Shown: positions 9,788 through 19,026 of the stretch, in pieces
How positions within the stretch are numbered: position 1 is the stretch's first letter
Layout: each line of letters opens with the position of its first letter
Assembly: GCF_003057965.1 (NCBI RefSeq)
Contig: NZ_CP020921.1
Coordinates: 856,916-920,915 of the forward strand
Direction of reading: 5' to 3'
DNA from: Thermodesulfobium acidiphilum
Lineage (GTDB): Bacteria; Thermodesulfobiota; Thermodesulfobiia; Thermodesulfobiales; Thermodesulfobiaceae
Length of the DNA: 64,000 bases
Program-made: the position numbers and the translations under genes
Notes under the pieces: generated by a model
What the model was told of the DNA's origin: nothing
Databases searched by the model: none
Seen by the model: only the letters and a program-made list of their open reading frames with translations

Positions 9788-9904
9788 ATGAAATCTAAAA
9801 TATTAACTGGTATTGTGCACAGAACTGATGAACAAGTAATTAGAACTAGAATATGTGTAGAATTAATAAACGGTTTAAAATTACATATTACATATGTTAG
9901 GTGA
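9788..9904 (+). pseudogene. Possible truncated TOBE/Mop-like fragment (38 aa)
   Basis: MKSKILTGIVHRTDEQVIRTRICVELINGLKLHIT resembles the TOBE beta-strand pattern. Confidence 0.25.
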
Positions 9905-9953
9905 GAATTTAGCAAATCTTACTAATATAAGATACTTTCTTTTAACTTTTTAA

Positions 9954-10184
9954 ATGTTTAATCTTAACTTTCAAACAATATTAATTGAAACAGTAGTATA
10001 TATTGTAATAAATATTTGTATAAAATTTATTTTGATCAGTGATGATTTAACAAAATTTAGAAGAACATTAATGCTCGGTTACCTTGTCTTTGCCAGTTTT
10101 TTTGTCTCTTTAAAAATCTTTTTGACTGTAAGTGCTCTTGTAATAATTTTAGCTTTCGGTATTAGAAAGTTTTTTGATTTTTAA
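9954..10184 (+). CDS. Small hypothetical membrane protein
   Basis: 76 aa with 2-3 hydrophobic segments. Confidence 0.55.
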   Translation: MFNLNFQTILIETVVYIVINICIKFILISDDLTKFRRTLMLGYLVFASFFVSLKIFLTVSALVIILAFGIRKFFDF

Positions 10185-10243
10185 ATAAAAGTATTATTGA
10201 TAATTTTTTAGTATGTTATAATCTTTGTAATTTTCTTTTTTTA

Positions 10244-10837
10244 ATGTTTTGTAAAGGGGAGATGGTATGTTTGGGTCTTAATTTGAATAGAAAAATGATT
10301 AGGTGTATTTTATTTACTTTTTTTCTTATCTCTTCCATTTTTAATTCGTCTCTTTCTTATGCATCAAGTGAAAATTTTGGAATGTGGCAAAATATAAAAA
10401 TTCAAACTTATAATTATAACGTATTTCCACCTAAATCTCTTTTTGCCTTTCTTTTAAAAAACAATGTACCTTATGATAGAGCAGTTGAAATGGTTGGGAT
10501 AGCTGGGGCAGAAAGCAATTATAATCCTAATGCTATTGTAGACAATCCTAAAGGGGGAATACTTCTAAGTTCAGGGAGGATTTCTTTACCTGAATACTCT
10601 GTAGGTTTATTCCAAATTAATTTATTAGCACATAGTAAAACTTTGTGCAAAACTTTTAGTGTATGCGATTGGGATGATCAGGTTAGTTGGTTATTAGATC
10701 CATATAATAATGCAGAATTTGCAATTTATATTTCTGGAAAGGGACAAAATTTTTCTCCCTGGAGCTCTTATCGAAATGGCAAATATTTGATGTATGCAGA
10801 GCAATTTTATAAAACTTATAGTTTGTCAGAACGTTAA
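10244..10837 (+). CDS. Secreted lytic transglycosylase (SLT/lysozyme-like)
   Basis: Signal peptide; AES catalytic motif, GLFQIN, DP..NA, PW..Y. Confidence 0.85.
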   Translation: MFCKGEMVCLGLNLNRKMIRCILFTFFLISSIFNSSLSYASSENFGMWQNIKIQTYNYNVFPPKSLFAFLLKNNVPYDRAVEMVGIAGAESNYNPNAIVDNPKGGILLSSGRISLPEYSVGLFQINLLAHSKTLCKTFSVCDWDDQVSWLLDPYNNAEFAIYISGKGQNFSPWSSYRNGKYLMYAEQFYKTYSLSER

Positions 10838-10946
10838 AGTATTAATTAAAGTACTAAATTGAAAATGGATCAGTAATTATAGTGTTTTATACTGGCTTTA
10901 CTCTAAAAAATTTATATTTCGTGACTTTTAATAAATTATTACTAAA

Positions 10947-12797
10947 TTAATCTGTACAAAAATGGTTCATATCAAGTTTATCCAATTCTAATCTTTTTAT
11001 TGTTTCAGGTAAAATTTTGCCATTTTCGTCAAGACCTCTTAATTTGTAATAATTAACAAGATGTTTTTCAAAGTCGTAAACAGCCTTACCTTTACGAGGA
11101 CCAGTTTCAGCAGCTTTGAAAAATCTTTCTGGAAGAGTATCGTCAGTTCTACCAAAACCATAGTTGTTGTTTATCATTCTTTGTAAAATAAAAATTCTTT
11201 CAGAAGTTTCCATCAATTCTTCAATATTTGTATTCCATCCAGTTACTAGATTTACACCATTTACAATATCATCTGCTGTTAAATTTCCAAAAAGATGGAA
11301 GAAACAGATTGTAAGTGAGTTTAATAAACATGATAGATCTTGTGCTCTAATAGCAAGCAATTCTTTATTTTCCATGCTATCTAGTAATGTTTTAATCTCA
11401 GTTCCAAATTGATTTAGAACTCCAGCTCTCTCTCCTACATGAGAAGCGCCTCTTTGGTGACATGCACCTCTGTTACCAGTAGCATAATTTATGGAGAGAG
11501 AATAAAAGGCTCTAGGATCGTGGGCAGGTATATCCAGATTTTTTACAGAAACGTTAAACGATTCTGGCATGTTAAAAGTGTTTATTAAATATTTTGAGCC
11601 TTCAGAAATAATTTTTCCTATCCCCCTTTTTTGACAGGTAAGGTTGATTAGATTTATTAAAGTTTCAGTATCACCCCATTTTGGTACGAAACCTATATCG
11701 CTTTGTTTAATATACCCTGCTTCATATCCTTCTATAACAGTTGCTATTAGATTTCCCATTGTGATAGTATCGATGCCGTATCTATTTGATAGATCATTTG
11801 CAATACACACTGCATCAAGATCTTTTATATCTAAATTTGTTCCATACAACGCAAGAGTTTCGTATTCTGGACCAATCCCTTTATAACCTGTTGGCGATTC
11901 TACGTATCTATGACATCCAATTACACATCCAAAACAATATCTACTTTTTGCATTAAGATATTCAGTATATCTCGGGGCAGCTAGAGCTTTTGCTCCTTCT
12001 TCCCATTCATCTTTAAGCCAGTGATGAATAGGTACATCTCCAAGCCTTTCAATGGCGGCCATTACAGCAGGAGTCCCTTCACCGTTAAATACATTTGCTT
12101 TTTTTAGTTTTTCGAATAGATCTCTTCTGAATTTAGAAAGATTTATACTATCGTATACGTTACACATTTCACCTTGAGCTACCACTATAGCTTTTAGATT
12201 TTTGGAGCCCATAACAGCTCCGGCTCCACCTCTTCCACCAAAACCATGTGCATTACTCACAACACAAGCAAACTTAACAAGACTTTCTCCTGCTTGACCA
12301 ATTGTGATGGTAGATATATTTTTTCCCTTATGTTTTTCTACGAGCATTTCATGGGTTTGGTATGTATCTAGACCCCATAGAGAATCAGCATCAAGAATTT
12401 CAATATCACCCTGAGATACATATAAATAAATCGGTTTGTCTGACTTGTTTTGAATTACAATTGCATCGAGTCCTGCTGATTTTAGATGAACAGAAAAATT
12501 ACTTCCGGCAGAGGTATCAGAAAAGGTTCCTGTAAGAGGAGATCTACACATTACAGAAATCTTTCCGCAGCCAGGTAGCATTCCTGCCTGCCATGGACCT
12601 GATGCTATTACAATTACATTCTTTTCTGAAAGAGGATCTGTTTCTTTTTTAACGAAATTATTTATGAAGTAAGCTCCAATACCACTCCCGCCAAGAAATT
12701 TCTTATAAAAATCTTTATTAAAATGCTTTAATGTAATTTTTCTTTTGCTTAGATCTACAAAAGCAATTTTTCCATTATTTCCAAACATATTTTCCAC
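10947..12797 (-). CDS. aor: Aldehyde:ferredoxin oxidoreductase (W/Mo-pterin)
   Basis: SPLTG, GRGGAGAVMGSKNLKAI, CxxCxxxC, GPEYET, HDPR, RGACH. Confidence 0.93.
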   Translation of the reverse strand: MENMFGNNGKIAFVDLSKRKITLKHFNKDFYKKFLGGSGIGAYFINNFVKKETDPLSEKNVIVIASGPWQAGMLPGCGKISVMCRSPLTGTFSDTSAGSNFSVHLKSAGLDAIVIQNKSDKPIYLYVSQGDIEILDADSLWGLDTYQTHEMLVEKHKGKNISTITIGQAGESLVKFACVVSNAHGFGGRGGAGAVMGSKNLKAIVVAQGEMCNVYDSINLSKFRRDLFEKLKKANVFNGEGTPAVMAAIERLGDVPIHHWLKDEWEEGAKALAAPRYTEYLNAKSRYCFGCVIGCHRYVESPTGYKGIGPEYETLALYGTNLDIKDLDAVCIANDLSNRYGIDTITMGNLIATVIEGYEAGYIKQSDIGFVPKWGDTETLINLINLTCQKRGIGKIISEGSKYLINTFNMPESFNVSVKNLDIPAHDPRAFYSLSINYATGNRGACHQRGASHVGERAGVLNQFGTEIKTLLDSMENKELLAIRAQDLSCLLNSLTICFFHLFGNLTADDIVNGVNLVTGWNTNIEELMETSERIFILQRMINNNYGFGRTDDTLPERFFKAAETGPRKGKAVYDFEKHLVNYYKLRGLDENGKILPETIKRLELDKLDMNHFCTD

Positions 12798-13023
12798 TCC
12801 TTTTATTGTTATATATATTATTATATTATTTTTATAAAATTTTACAAAAAAATCTAGATTATTTTTATAAATTTTTGTGCGATAAAAAATTATTTAAATA
12901 ATTATCTTTATTAAAATATTTTAAAAAATAAAATTCCTTCTTGAGATAATCTATTCTAAATTCATTACAAAATAGATTTTTTCACTATAATATTTCTATA
13001 TATTACTAATAGGAGTAAAAAAT

Positions 13024-15048
13024 TTGAAAATGACAGAAGAAGCATTTTTAAACGATCAATTTCTTCAAAATGCTCTAAATAGAGCTGAGAAAAGTTATTT
13101 TGAAAAAAGAAGAAAATTAGAAAAAGTTTTTGATTTTGAAAAATTTAAAGATGAAATAAGGGATATTAAAGAAAAAAATATTAAAAATTTAGAAGAAAAC
13201 ATTGTTTTTCTTTTAAACAACCTTAGATCAAGAGGTTTTAAGGTTTTTTTTGCGAAAGACTCTGACGAAGCTCTTGCATTTTTTTATAACATACTTACAG
13301 AAAAGGGCATAAAAAGAGTTGTAAAATCAAAGTCACTCACTACTGAAGAAATAAATTTGAACTCATTTCTTGAGAAAAACAATATTACTCCTGTAGAGAC
13401 AGATCTTGGTGAATGGCTGGTTCAGCTAAACAACGAAAAAGCTACTCATATGACAGCTCCTGCAATCCATATGTCAAAAGAGAAGATCCTAAACTTTTTA
13501 AATGAGAAGTTCAATGCAAACCTTAAGCTGGACATAAAAGAGATTGTTGATTTTTGTAAAAATGAAATAAATAAAGAGTTTGATAACACAAACTGCGGCA
13601 TTTTTGGGGCTAATGCGGTCACACGGGATGGTACATTCTTCATAGTGAGCAATGAGGGCAATATTCAGCACGTATTGAATCATGACATAAACATTTGTAT
13701 TGTGGGCATAGATAAGATAGTAGAAAATGCAGATGAAGCCTTTAAAATTGTTTCATTTTTGCCAAAAAATGCTACTGGTCAGGTTATCACATCTTGGATA
13801 GACGTTTTTACAAAGCCTCCAGGTGATGAATTTTTCGTAATACTTCTTGACAATAACCGTTCGAAAATCGCCAGAGAAGAGAAGTTTGACAAGATCTTAA
13901 ACTGCATAAAATGTGGAGCATGTCAGATGGCATGTCCAGTATATACTACTGTGGGCGGCCAGTTGTTTAGGGGCAAGACCTACGCTGGGCCAATTGGCGT
14001 ATTGCTTTCATATATGGAAGATTATAAATTGATGGATGAATTATCTTTTTTGTGTACAGGCTGTATGGCGTGCGATGAAGTCTGTTCATCCAGAATTCCA
14101 ATTCAATCACTAATATTAGAAATAAAGTCAAAGTATGAAAGAAATAATGTCATTAAAAAATTCGCAATTAAAAGTATGAAAAATTACAGACTATTAAGGA
14201 CTCTTATATCCCTTGCTAGTCCGTACTTTAAAGATGGTATCAAGATGAGAAGATTTAAATTTTTAAGAGATGAGTTTGGACTAAGTTTTAGAACTCTGCC
14301 AGCTATTAACAAAGAGTCATTTGACACAGTAAAAACTAAATCTTCAAAAATTGGACTATTTGCAGGCTGCTCTACCAACATATTTTATGATGATGTGGGT
14401 AAAGATTTATTACGTTTATCTAACTTCTTAAATATAGACATAGAGATTATAAATCAAAGTTCTTGCTGTGGGGCAGCAGCCCTTTACAATGGATTAAAAT
14501 CTGATGCTATCAATCAGGCACAGAAGACATTTAAAGATATTGAGAAATTTGACAAGATTTTATTTCTTGACCCTCACTGTGCGCACATGGTTCAAAGAGA
14601 TTATGTTGAATTTTTCGGCATAGATTTTTCCGATAGGGTAGTGGATGCTGGATTTTATTTTGTCGAATTTCTGAAAAACAGAAAATATAAATTTACTCCT
14701 TTGAATAAGGTCTTAACCTATCATCATCCTTGCCACCTTTCAAGAGGTATGAATCAAGCTATGCAAATCGAGGACTTTATAAAGGAAAAAGAAAAGAGAT
14801 TTTCTGAATTAAACGAGAAGGACAGATGCTGTGGCTTTGCAGGAACATACTCTATTATGCACAAACACATTTCCAACAAACTCGTTCAGAGAAAGATAGA
14901 TAATATTATTAATTCAAATTCAGAAGTTGTAATTACCTCTTGTCCAGGATGCATAATGCAAATATCTGGAGCCCTGGACGTTATGAACTCTAAAAATATT
15001 GGAGTAATACACTTTGTATCATATCTTAAAAATATTTTGGGAGCCTAA
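13024..15048 (+). CDS. LUD/4Fe-4S/CCG lactate-oxidation protein (LutB-LutA fusion, LdhH-like)
   Basis: ETDLGE, H..APAIH, CIKCGAC...CP, two CCG domains. Confidence 0.88.
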   Translation: MKMTEEAFLNDQFLQNALNRAEKSYFEKRRKLEKVFDFEKFKDEIRDIKEKNIKNLEENIVFLLNNLRSRGFKVFFAKDSDEALAFFYNILTEKGIKRVVKSKSLTTEEINLNSFLEKNNITPVETDLGEWLVQLNNEKATHMTAPAIHMSKEKILNFLNEKFNANLKLDIKEIVDFCKNEINKEFDNTNCGIFGANAVTRDGTFFIVSNEGNIQHVLNHDINICIVGIDKIVENADEAFKIVSFLPKNATGQVITSWIDVFTKPPGDEFFVILLDNNRSKIAREEKFDKILNCIKCGACQMACPVYTTVGGQLFRGKTYAGPIGVLLSYMEDYKLMDELSFLCTGCMACDEVCSSRIPIQSLILEIKSKYERNNVIKKFAIKSMKNYRLLRTLISLASPYFKDGIKMRRFKFLRDEFGLSFRTLPAINKESFDTVKTKSSKIGLFAGCSTNIFYDDVGKDLLRLSNFLNIDIEIINQSSCCGAAALYNGLKSDAINQAQKTFKDIEKFDKILFLDPHCAHMVQRDYVEFFGIDFSDRVVDAGFYFVEFLKNRKYKFTPLNKVLTYHHPCHLSRGMNQAMQIEDFIKEKEKRFSELNEKDRCCGFAGTYSIMHKHISNKLVQRKIDNIINSNSEVVITSCPGCIMQISGALDVMNSKNIGVIHFVSYLKNILGA

Positions 15049-15049
15049 A

Positions 15050-15469
15050 TTGATAGAAAAATTTATAGAAATAGCGAATCTAAGTGGTGTAGAAGTAAAA
15101 ATTGTTAAGAATATCGACTTTTTAAATGAGTTTGGTCTAAATACTTCTTTGGATTATGATTCTAATAAAGACGTTGGATTCATAAAGGCTCTATCAGGTG
15201 CGACCGAGAGCGCAAGCGCAGTCATCAATATTCCAAAACGCGAAAAGCTAAAATCCATATTAACTTCGAAAACTCTTTATATTTCAGTTGAAAACTCTTC
15301 TTTGAGATCTACATTAAGCGAAGCCTATTTTTTTGCAAAACAAAAATGCCAGGATGAATATATGCTATTTATCTCTGGAGAGAGCAAAACTGCAGATATA
15401 GAGAAGACATTGGTCAGTGGCGTTCAGGGACCTGAAAAAATTATATTTTTAATTCTTGACAAGGGCTGA
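15050..15469 (+). CDS. LutC/LUD-domain protein
   Basis: FISGESKTADIEKTLVSGVQGP; TTG 15050 follows GGGAG. Confidence 0.85.
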   Translation: MIEKFIEIANLSGVEVKIVKNIDFLNEFGLNTSLDYDSNKDVGFIKALSGATESASAVINIPKREKLKSILTSKTLYISVENSSLRSTLSEAYFFAKQKCQDEYMLFISGESKTADIEKTLVSGVQGPEKIIFLILDKG

Positions 15470-15479
15470 AGGTGATTAG

Positions 15480-16667
15480 ATGATCAATAATTTAAATTTT
15501 TCAAAGTCTCAAATAATAGTGCTACTAATACTTTGGTCAGCATTTCTCTTCTCTTTTGTGGACAGGCTTGCCTGGGCGCCAGTTATCCCTCTTGCAGCTA
15601 AGGCTCTTTCGCTAAATGCGAAAGAAGCGGGGAGTTATATGAGCGCATTTTATTTTGGCTATATATTGACTCAACTTCCGGGAGGATATCTGGCTGATAG
15701 ATTCGGTTATAGAAAGATTTTACTTTATTCGTTTTTTATAATGGGTTTTTTTACTATATTGATGGGCACAGTTGGAAACTTCTGGCAAGGTTTTTTTTAT
15801 AGAATATTTGCGGGAATGGGCTCGGGGGCTATATTTTCTGCATGTGTAAAGGGTGTATTTGATTGGTTTTCTGAAAAAAACAGGTATACTGCTATGGGAT
15901 TTTTTATGACTGCATCCTCTGTTGGAGTTTTCCTGGTAAACATTTTTGTGCCCACAGTAGCAAAATTTCATGGCTGGAACGCTTCATTTTATGTTGCAGG
16001 AACGCTGCCAATTATTACACTCTTATTTGCATACTTTTTTCTTTGTGAAAATAGCTCTTCAAATGATAGAAAATCAATTTTGAACTTTGTTTATGACATA
16101 AAGATCTTACTTAAAAATAAAGAATTTATGCTAACAGGTTTAGCTGGCTTTTTTGCAATGTGGGCTACATGGGGAACAGCTACTTGGGCTAACTCATATT
16201 TAAATAAGGGGTTGGGGCTTACTCTGATTCAGGCTGGCTTTTTTATGTCGGCTTTTGGAATAACTGCGTTAATATGTAAACCTATTGCTGGGATACTAAC
16301 CGATATTACTGGCTGGAAGAAAAAGAATATTTTATTTTTTATGTTAATTTTATTTTTTATTTTTTTGGTCATTTTTGGAATAAATAGAAGCATCTTTGCT
16401 CTGTATTTTCTTGCGCCTATATTAGGGATTCTTGCATTTGTCTACAGTCCTGTGATGAATACCTTTGTAGGAGAGCTGGCAGACAAAAGAAATATTGGCA
16501 TTGCAATGGGTTTGATAAATGCAATATGGCAGCTTGGATCTCTAATATCTCCACTGGCTGTTGGATTCGTGCTTGACTTAACACACAGTTATTTTTATGC
16601 ATTTTTAACCCTGGGAATTGGTCCACTATTAGGATCTATTATTATGTTGTCTGCATCTGATAAGTAG
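15480..16667 (+). CDS. MFS transporter
   Basis: About 12 TMs, motif A GYLADRFGYRK. Confidence 0.92.
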   Translation: MINNLNFSKSQIIVLLILWSAFLFSFVDRLAWAPVIPLAAKALSLNAKEAGSYMSAFYFGYILTQLPGGYLADRFGYRKILLYSFFIMGFFTILMGTVGNFWQGFFYRIFAGMGSGAIFSACVKGVFDWFSEKNRYTAMGFFMTASSVGVFLVNIFVPTVAKFHGWNASFYVAGTLPIITLLFAYFFLCENSSSNDRKSILNFVYDIKILLKNKEFMLTGLAGFFAMWATWGTATWANSYLNKGLGLTLIQAGFFMSAFGITALICKPIAGILTDITGWKKKNILFFMLILFFIFLVIFGINRSIFALYFLAPILGILAFVYSPVMNTFVGELADKRNIGIAMGLINAIWQLGSLISPLAVGFVLDLTHSYFYAFLTLGIGPLLGSIIMLSASDK

Positions 16668-16791
16668 AATTTTTGTGTTTTTATTGTTTCTCATTATTTA
16701 AGCTGTTCATAAGCTCTTAGTTTTGCACCTTTCTCTAAAACAAAATAGATCCGATTTAACTGTGATCATATTTAAGCACATGGCTATTAAT

Positions 16792-17140
16792 TTAAAACAT
16801 ATCCCTTATTTCATCTATACCTTTAGATTTTATAACGGCTCTGTGAAATTCTCTTAACTTCTCCCTATCTTTTGTTTTTTTTCATTAAGAGCTTTATATC
16901 TCCTGGAACTTTATCAAACTTGGCTTCAATGATATCTAAAAGTAAATCCTGGGCATCAATGATCATACCCTCTTCTCTTCCCTTTTCTATCCACTTCTCA
17001 ATTACAGGTGCAATCTTATCACCTCCTACAGTAGAGTCTAATATAGCCATCATTTTCTCTTCTTCTAGATCATTTACATTTTATCCCAATTATCCCAATT
17101 CGTTTTTCCATGATAGAAAACTACTGGAATAAACTGAACT
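16792..17140 (-). pseudogene. Rpn/YhgA-like recombination-promoting nuclease remnant
   Basis: IPVVFYHGKTNW motif joined by deletion to the C-terminal EKGREEG...EAKF..VP; frameshifted tail DREKLREFHRAVIKSKGIDEI. Confidence 0.75.
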
Positions 17141-17485
17141 TGTCTAAATTAAACCTCTTATACTTCTTTGAAATCTTTTCTATGTTTATTTGATGTATGT
17201 CTTCCATAAATTGGTTTAAACACAAGGATAAAAAGATGTCAAATAGGACTTTTTTCAAATATCATTAAGTCTATTCTTGACAATGGCTCTGTTTACTTTA
17301 ATATCCTAGCGATTATATTTGTTTTTATTTTGTCATCAATTCCTATACTGTAAAAAAATAACGTACATAATTTTCTGTAAAAGGGAAATGATTATCAATA
17401 AAGAAATATAAAAGGTCATTGTCCTCTGATAGAATATAGGGTTAGCTAAGCCAAATGATGTAGTTATAAAAAATAGTTTAAAGAG

Positions 17486-18592
17486 GTGGTCTTTATGCCA
17501 GATGCAATATCAGAGCAAGAAATCAATAAAAAGTTGTTGGATTTTATAAGAGAGCTTAAAAAAGATGGCAGACAGAGGTTGTTGAACGAGGAGGCTACCA
17601 AGCAAAGTGTTATTTTACCAATACTTAATGCCTTAAAATGGAATGTGTTTGACATAGAAAGCGTTTTCCCTGAATACTCTGTTAATGATAAAAGAGTTGA
17701 TTACTCATTAAGATCTAACAAGAAAAATAAGGTTTTTATTGAAGTAAAAAAGATTAATGAAGATTTGGATCAGCACCAGGAGCAGCTTTTAAATTACTCT
17801 TTTCAAGAGGGAGTGGGGCTTTCAGTTTTAACAAATGGAATCAGTTGGTGGTTTTATTTGCCTTCAGGAGAGGGAAGTTGGGCTCAAAGAAAATTTTATA
17901 CCATTGAAATATACGAACAAGAAGATAAAGTTGTAGTTGAAAAATTCGAAAAGCTTTTATCCAAAGATAATGTAGTTTCTGGCAAATCTTTGGAATATGC
18001 CAAGGAAATTTATTATAACAAAGAAAAACAAAATTTGATTAATACTACGCTTCCAAAAGCATGGAACAAAATAATAACTGATCCGGATGAACTTTTAATT
18101 GAGCTTTTAGCAGACGAAACAGAGAAATTGTGCGGATATAAGCCGGATAGTGAAACAGTAGAACAGTTTTTAACAAGAATTTCTCAAGAGGAAATAAAAA
18201 CCGAAAATATATATGTGCCAACAAAAATAAAGTCTATGCATAAAAAAAGTGATAGTTCAGTTTCTAATCAATACAGTGGAAAAAAGCCTATTTCCTTTTC
18301 TTTTAAAGGCGTTAAATATTCATTGCGTTCATGGAAAGAGCTGATAGTAAAACTATGTGAAATTATCTTATCTAAGCACAAAGACCAATTTAACTATGTT
18401 CTTGATTTGCATGGCACAAAAAGACCATATTTTTCTAGCAAATTAGATGAACTTAGAAAACCAGAGAGAATAAGTGGAACAGATATTTACCTTGAGACAA
18501 ACCTTAGCGCTAATAGTATAGTTAAGTTATCAAAAGATATAATAACGTTGTTTGGTTATAAAGATAGTGATTTAAAGATAGAAATTCAGTAA
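17486..18592 (+). CDS. HsdR N-terminal-like PD-(D/E)XK nuclease with C-terminal SeqA-like domain
   Basis: NEEATK..I.P.L..L.W, PEY, RVDY, IEVK, QL..Y, LTNG..W; C-terminal LHGTKRPYF...KPERISGTDIYLETNLS. Confidence 0.8.
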   Translation: MVFMPDAISEQEINKKLLDFIRELKKDGRQRLLNEEATKQSVILPILNALKWNVFDIESVFPEYSVNDKRVDYSLRSNKKNKVFIEVKKINEDLDQHQEQLLNYSFQEGVGLSVLTNGISWWFYLPSGEGSWAQRKFYTIEIYEQEDKVVVEKFEKLLSKDNVVSGKSLEYAKEIYYNKEKQNLINTTLPKAWNKIITDPDELLIELLADETEKLCGYKPDSETVEQFLTRISQEEIKTENIYVPTKIKSMHKKSDSSVSNQYSGKKPISFSFKGVKYSLRSWKELIVKLCEIILSKHKDQFNYVLDLHGTKRPYFSSKLDELRKPERISGTDIYLETNLSANSIVKLSKDIITLFGYKDSDLKIEIQ

Positions 18593-18736
18593 AACAATAA
18601 AAGAGCTTTTGTTAGATCATTGAAATCAATTTTTGTAAAAAAATTTTTCTTTATATCAATATTTATTTAATCGTGCTACAAAAATGATATAACAATAAGC
18701 ATTGTAAAACAATATGCTATGAAAATGGGGTGTTAT

Positions 18737-18969
18737 TTGAAACAGATTTATCATGAAAAATTCGGATTTAAACTATATCATGCAGATTGGTTGGAAATTT
18801 TAAACACTTTGCCAAAAAACTCTAAAAATATGATTTTTGCTGATCCATTCTATTTATCAATGCGGTTTCGCTTTAGAAATTAATAATTTTCATTTTCTAA
18901 ATGTTTAAGCCTAATGCATCTCCAAATTTATCATGTCGTTTTTTACAGCTAGCTACGAGACTCTGCTTT
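18737..18969 (+). pseudogene. DpnA-type (beta class) DNA adenine methyltransferase remnant
   Basis: Fragments in shifting frames: KLYHAD.LEIL..LPKNS..MIFADP | HSIYQCGFAL...FHFLN | FKPNASPNLSCRF | TASYETLL. Confidence 0.8.
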
Positions 18970-19026
18970 TAAAATCAAATAGCTTTTAAGTAATTTTTTT
19001 CATTTTAGTTTACATAAGACACATTA

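Noticed and set aside
9902-9925. Selenocysteine read-through of the micro-ORF TGA
   Set aside because: No SECIS-like hairpin, and a TAA follows after six codons
16872-17132. 86-aa plus-strand ORF
   Set aside because: Antisense shadow of the Rpn remnant
17260-17300. Possible IS end (…CTTGACAATGGCTC…)
   Set aside because: No partner inverted repeat, target duplication or transposase found
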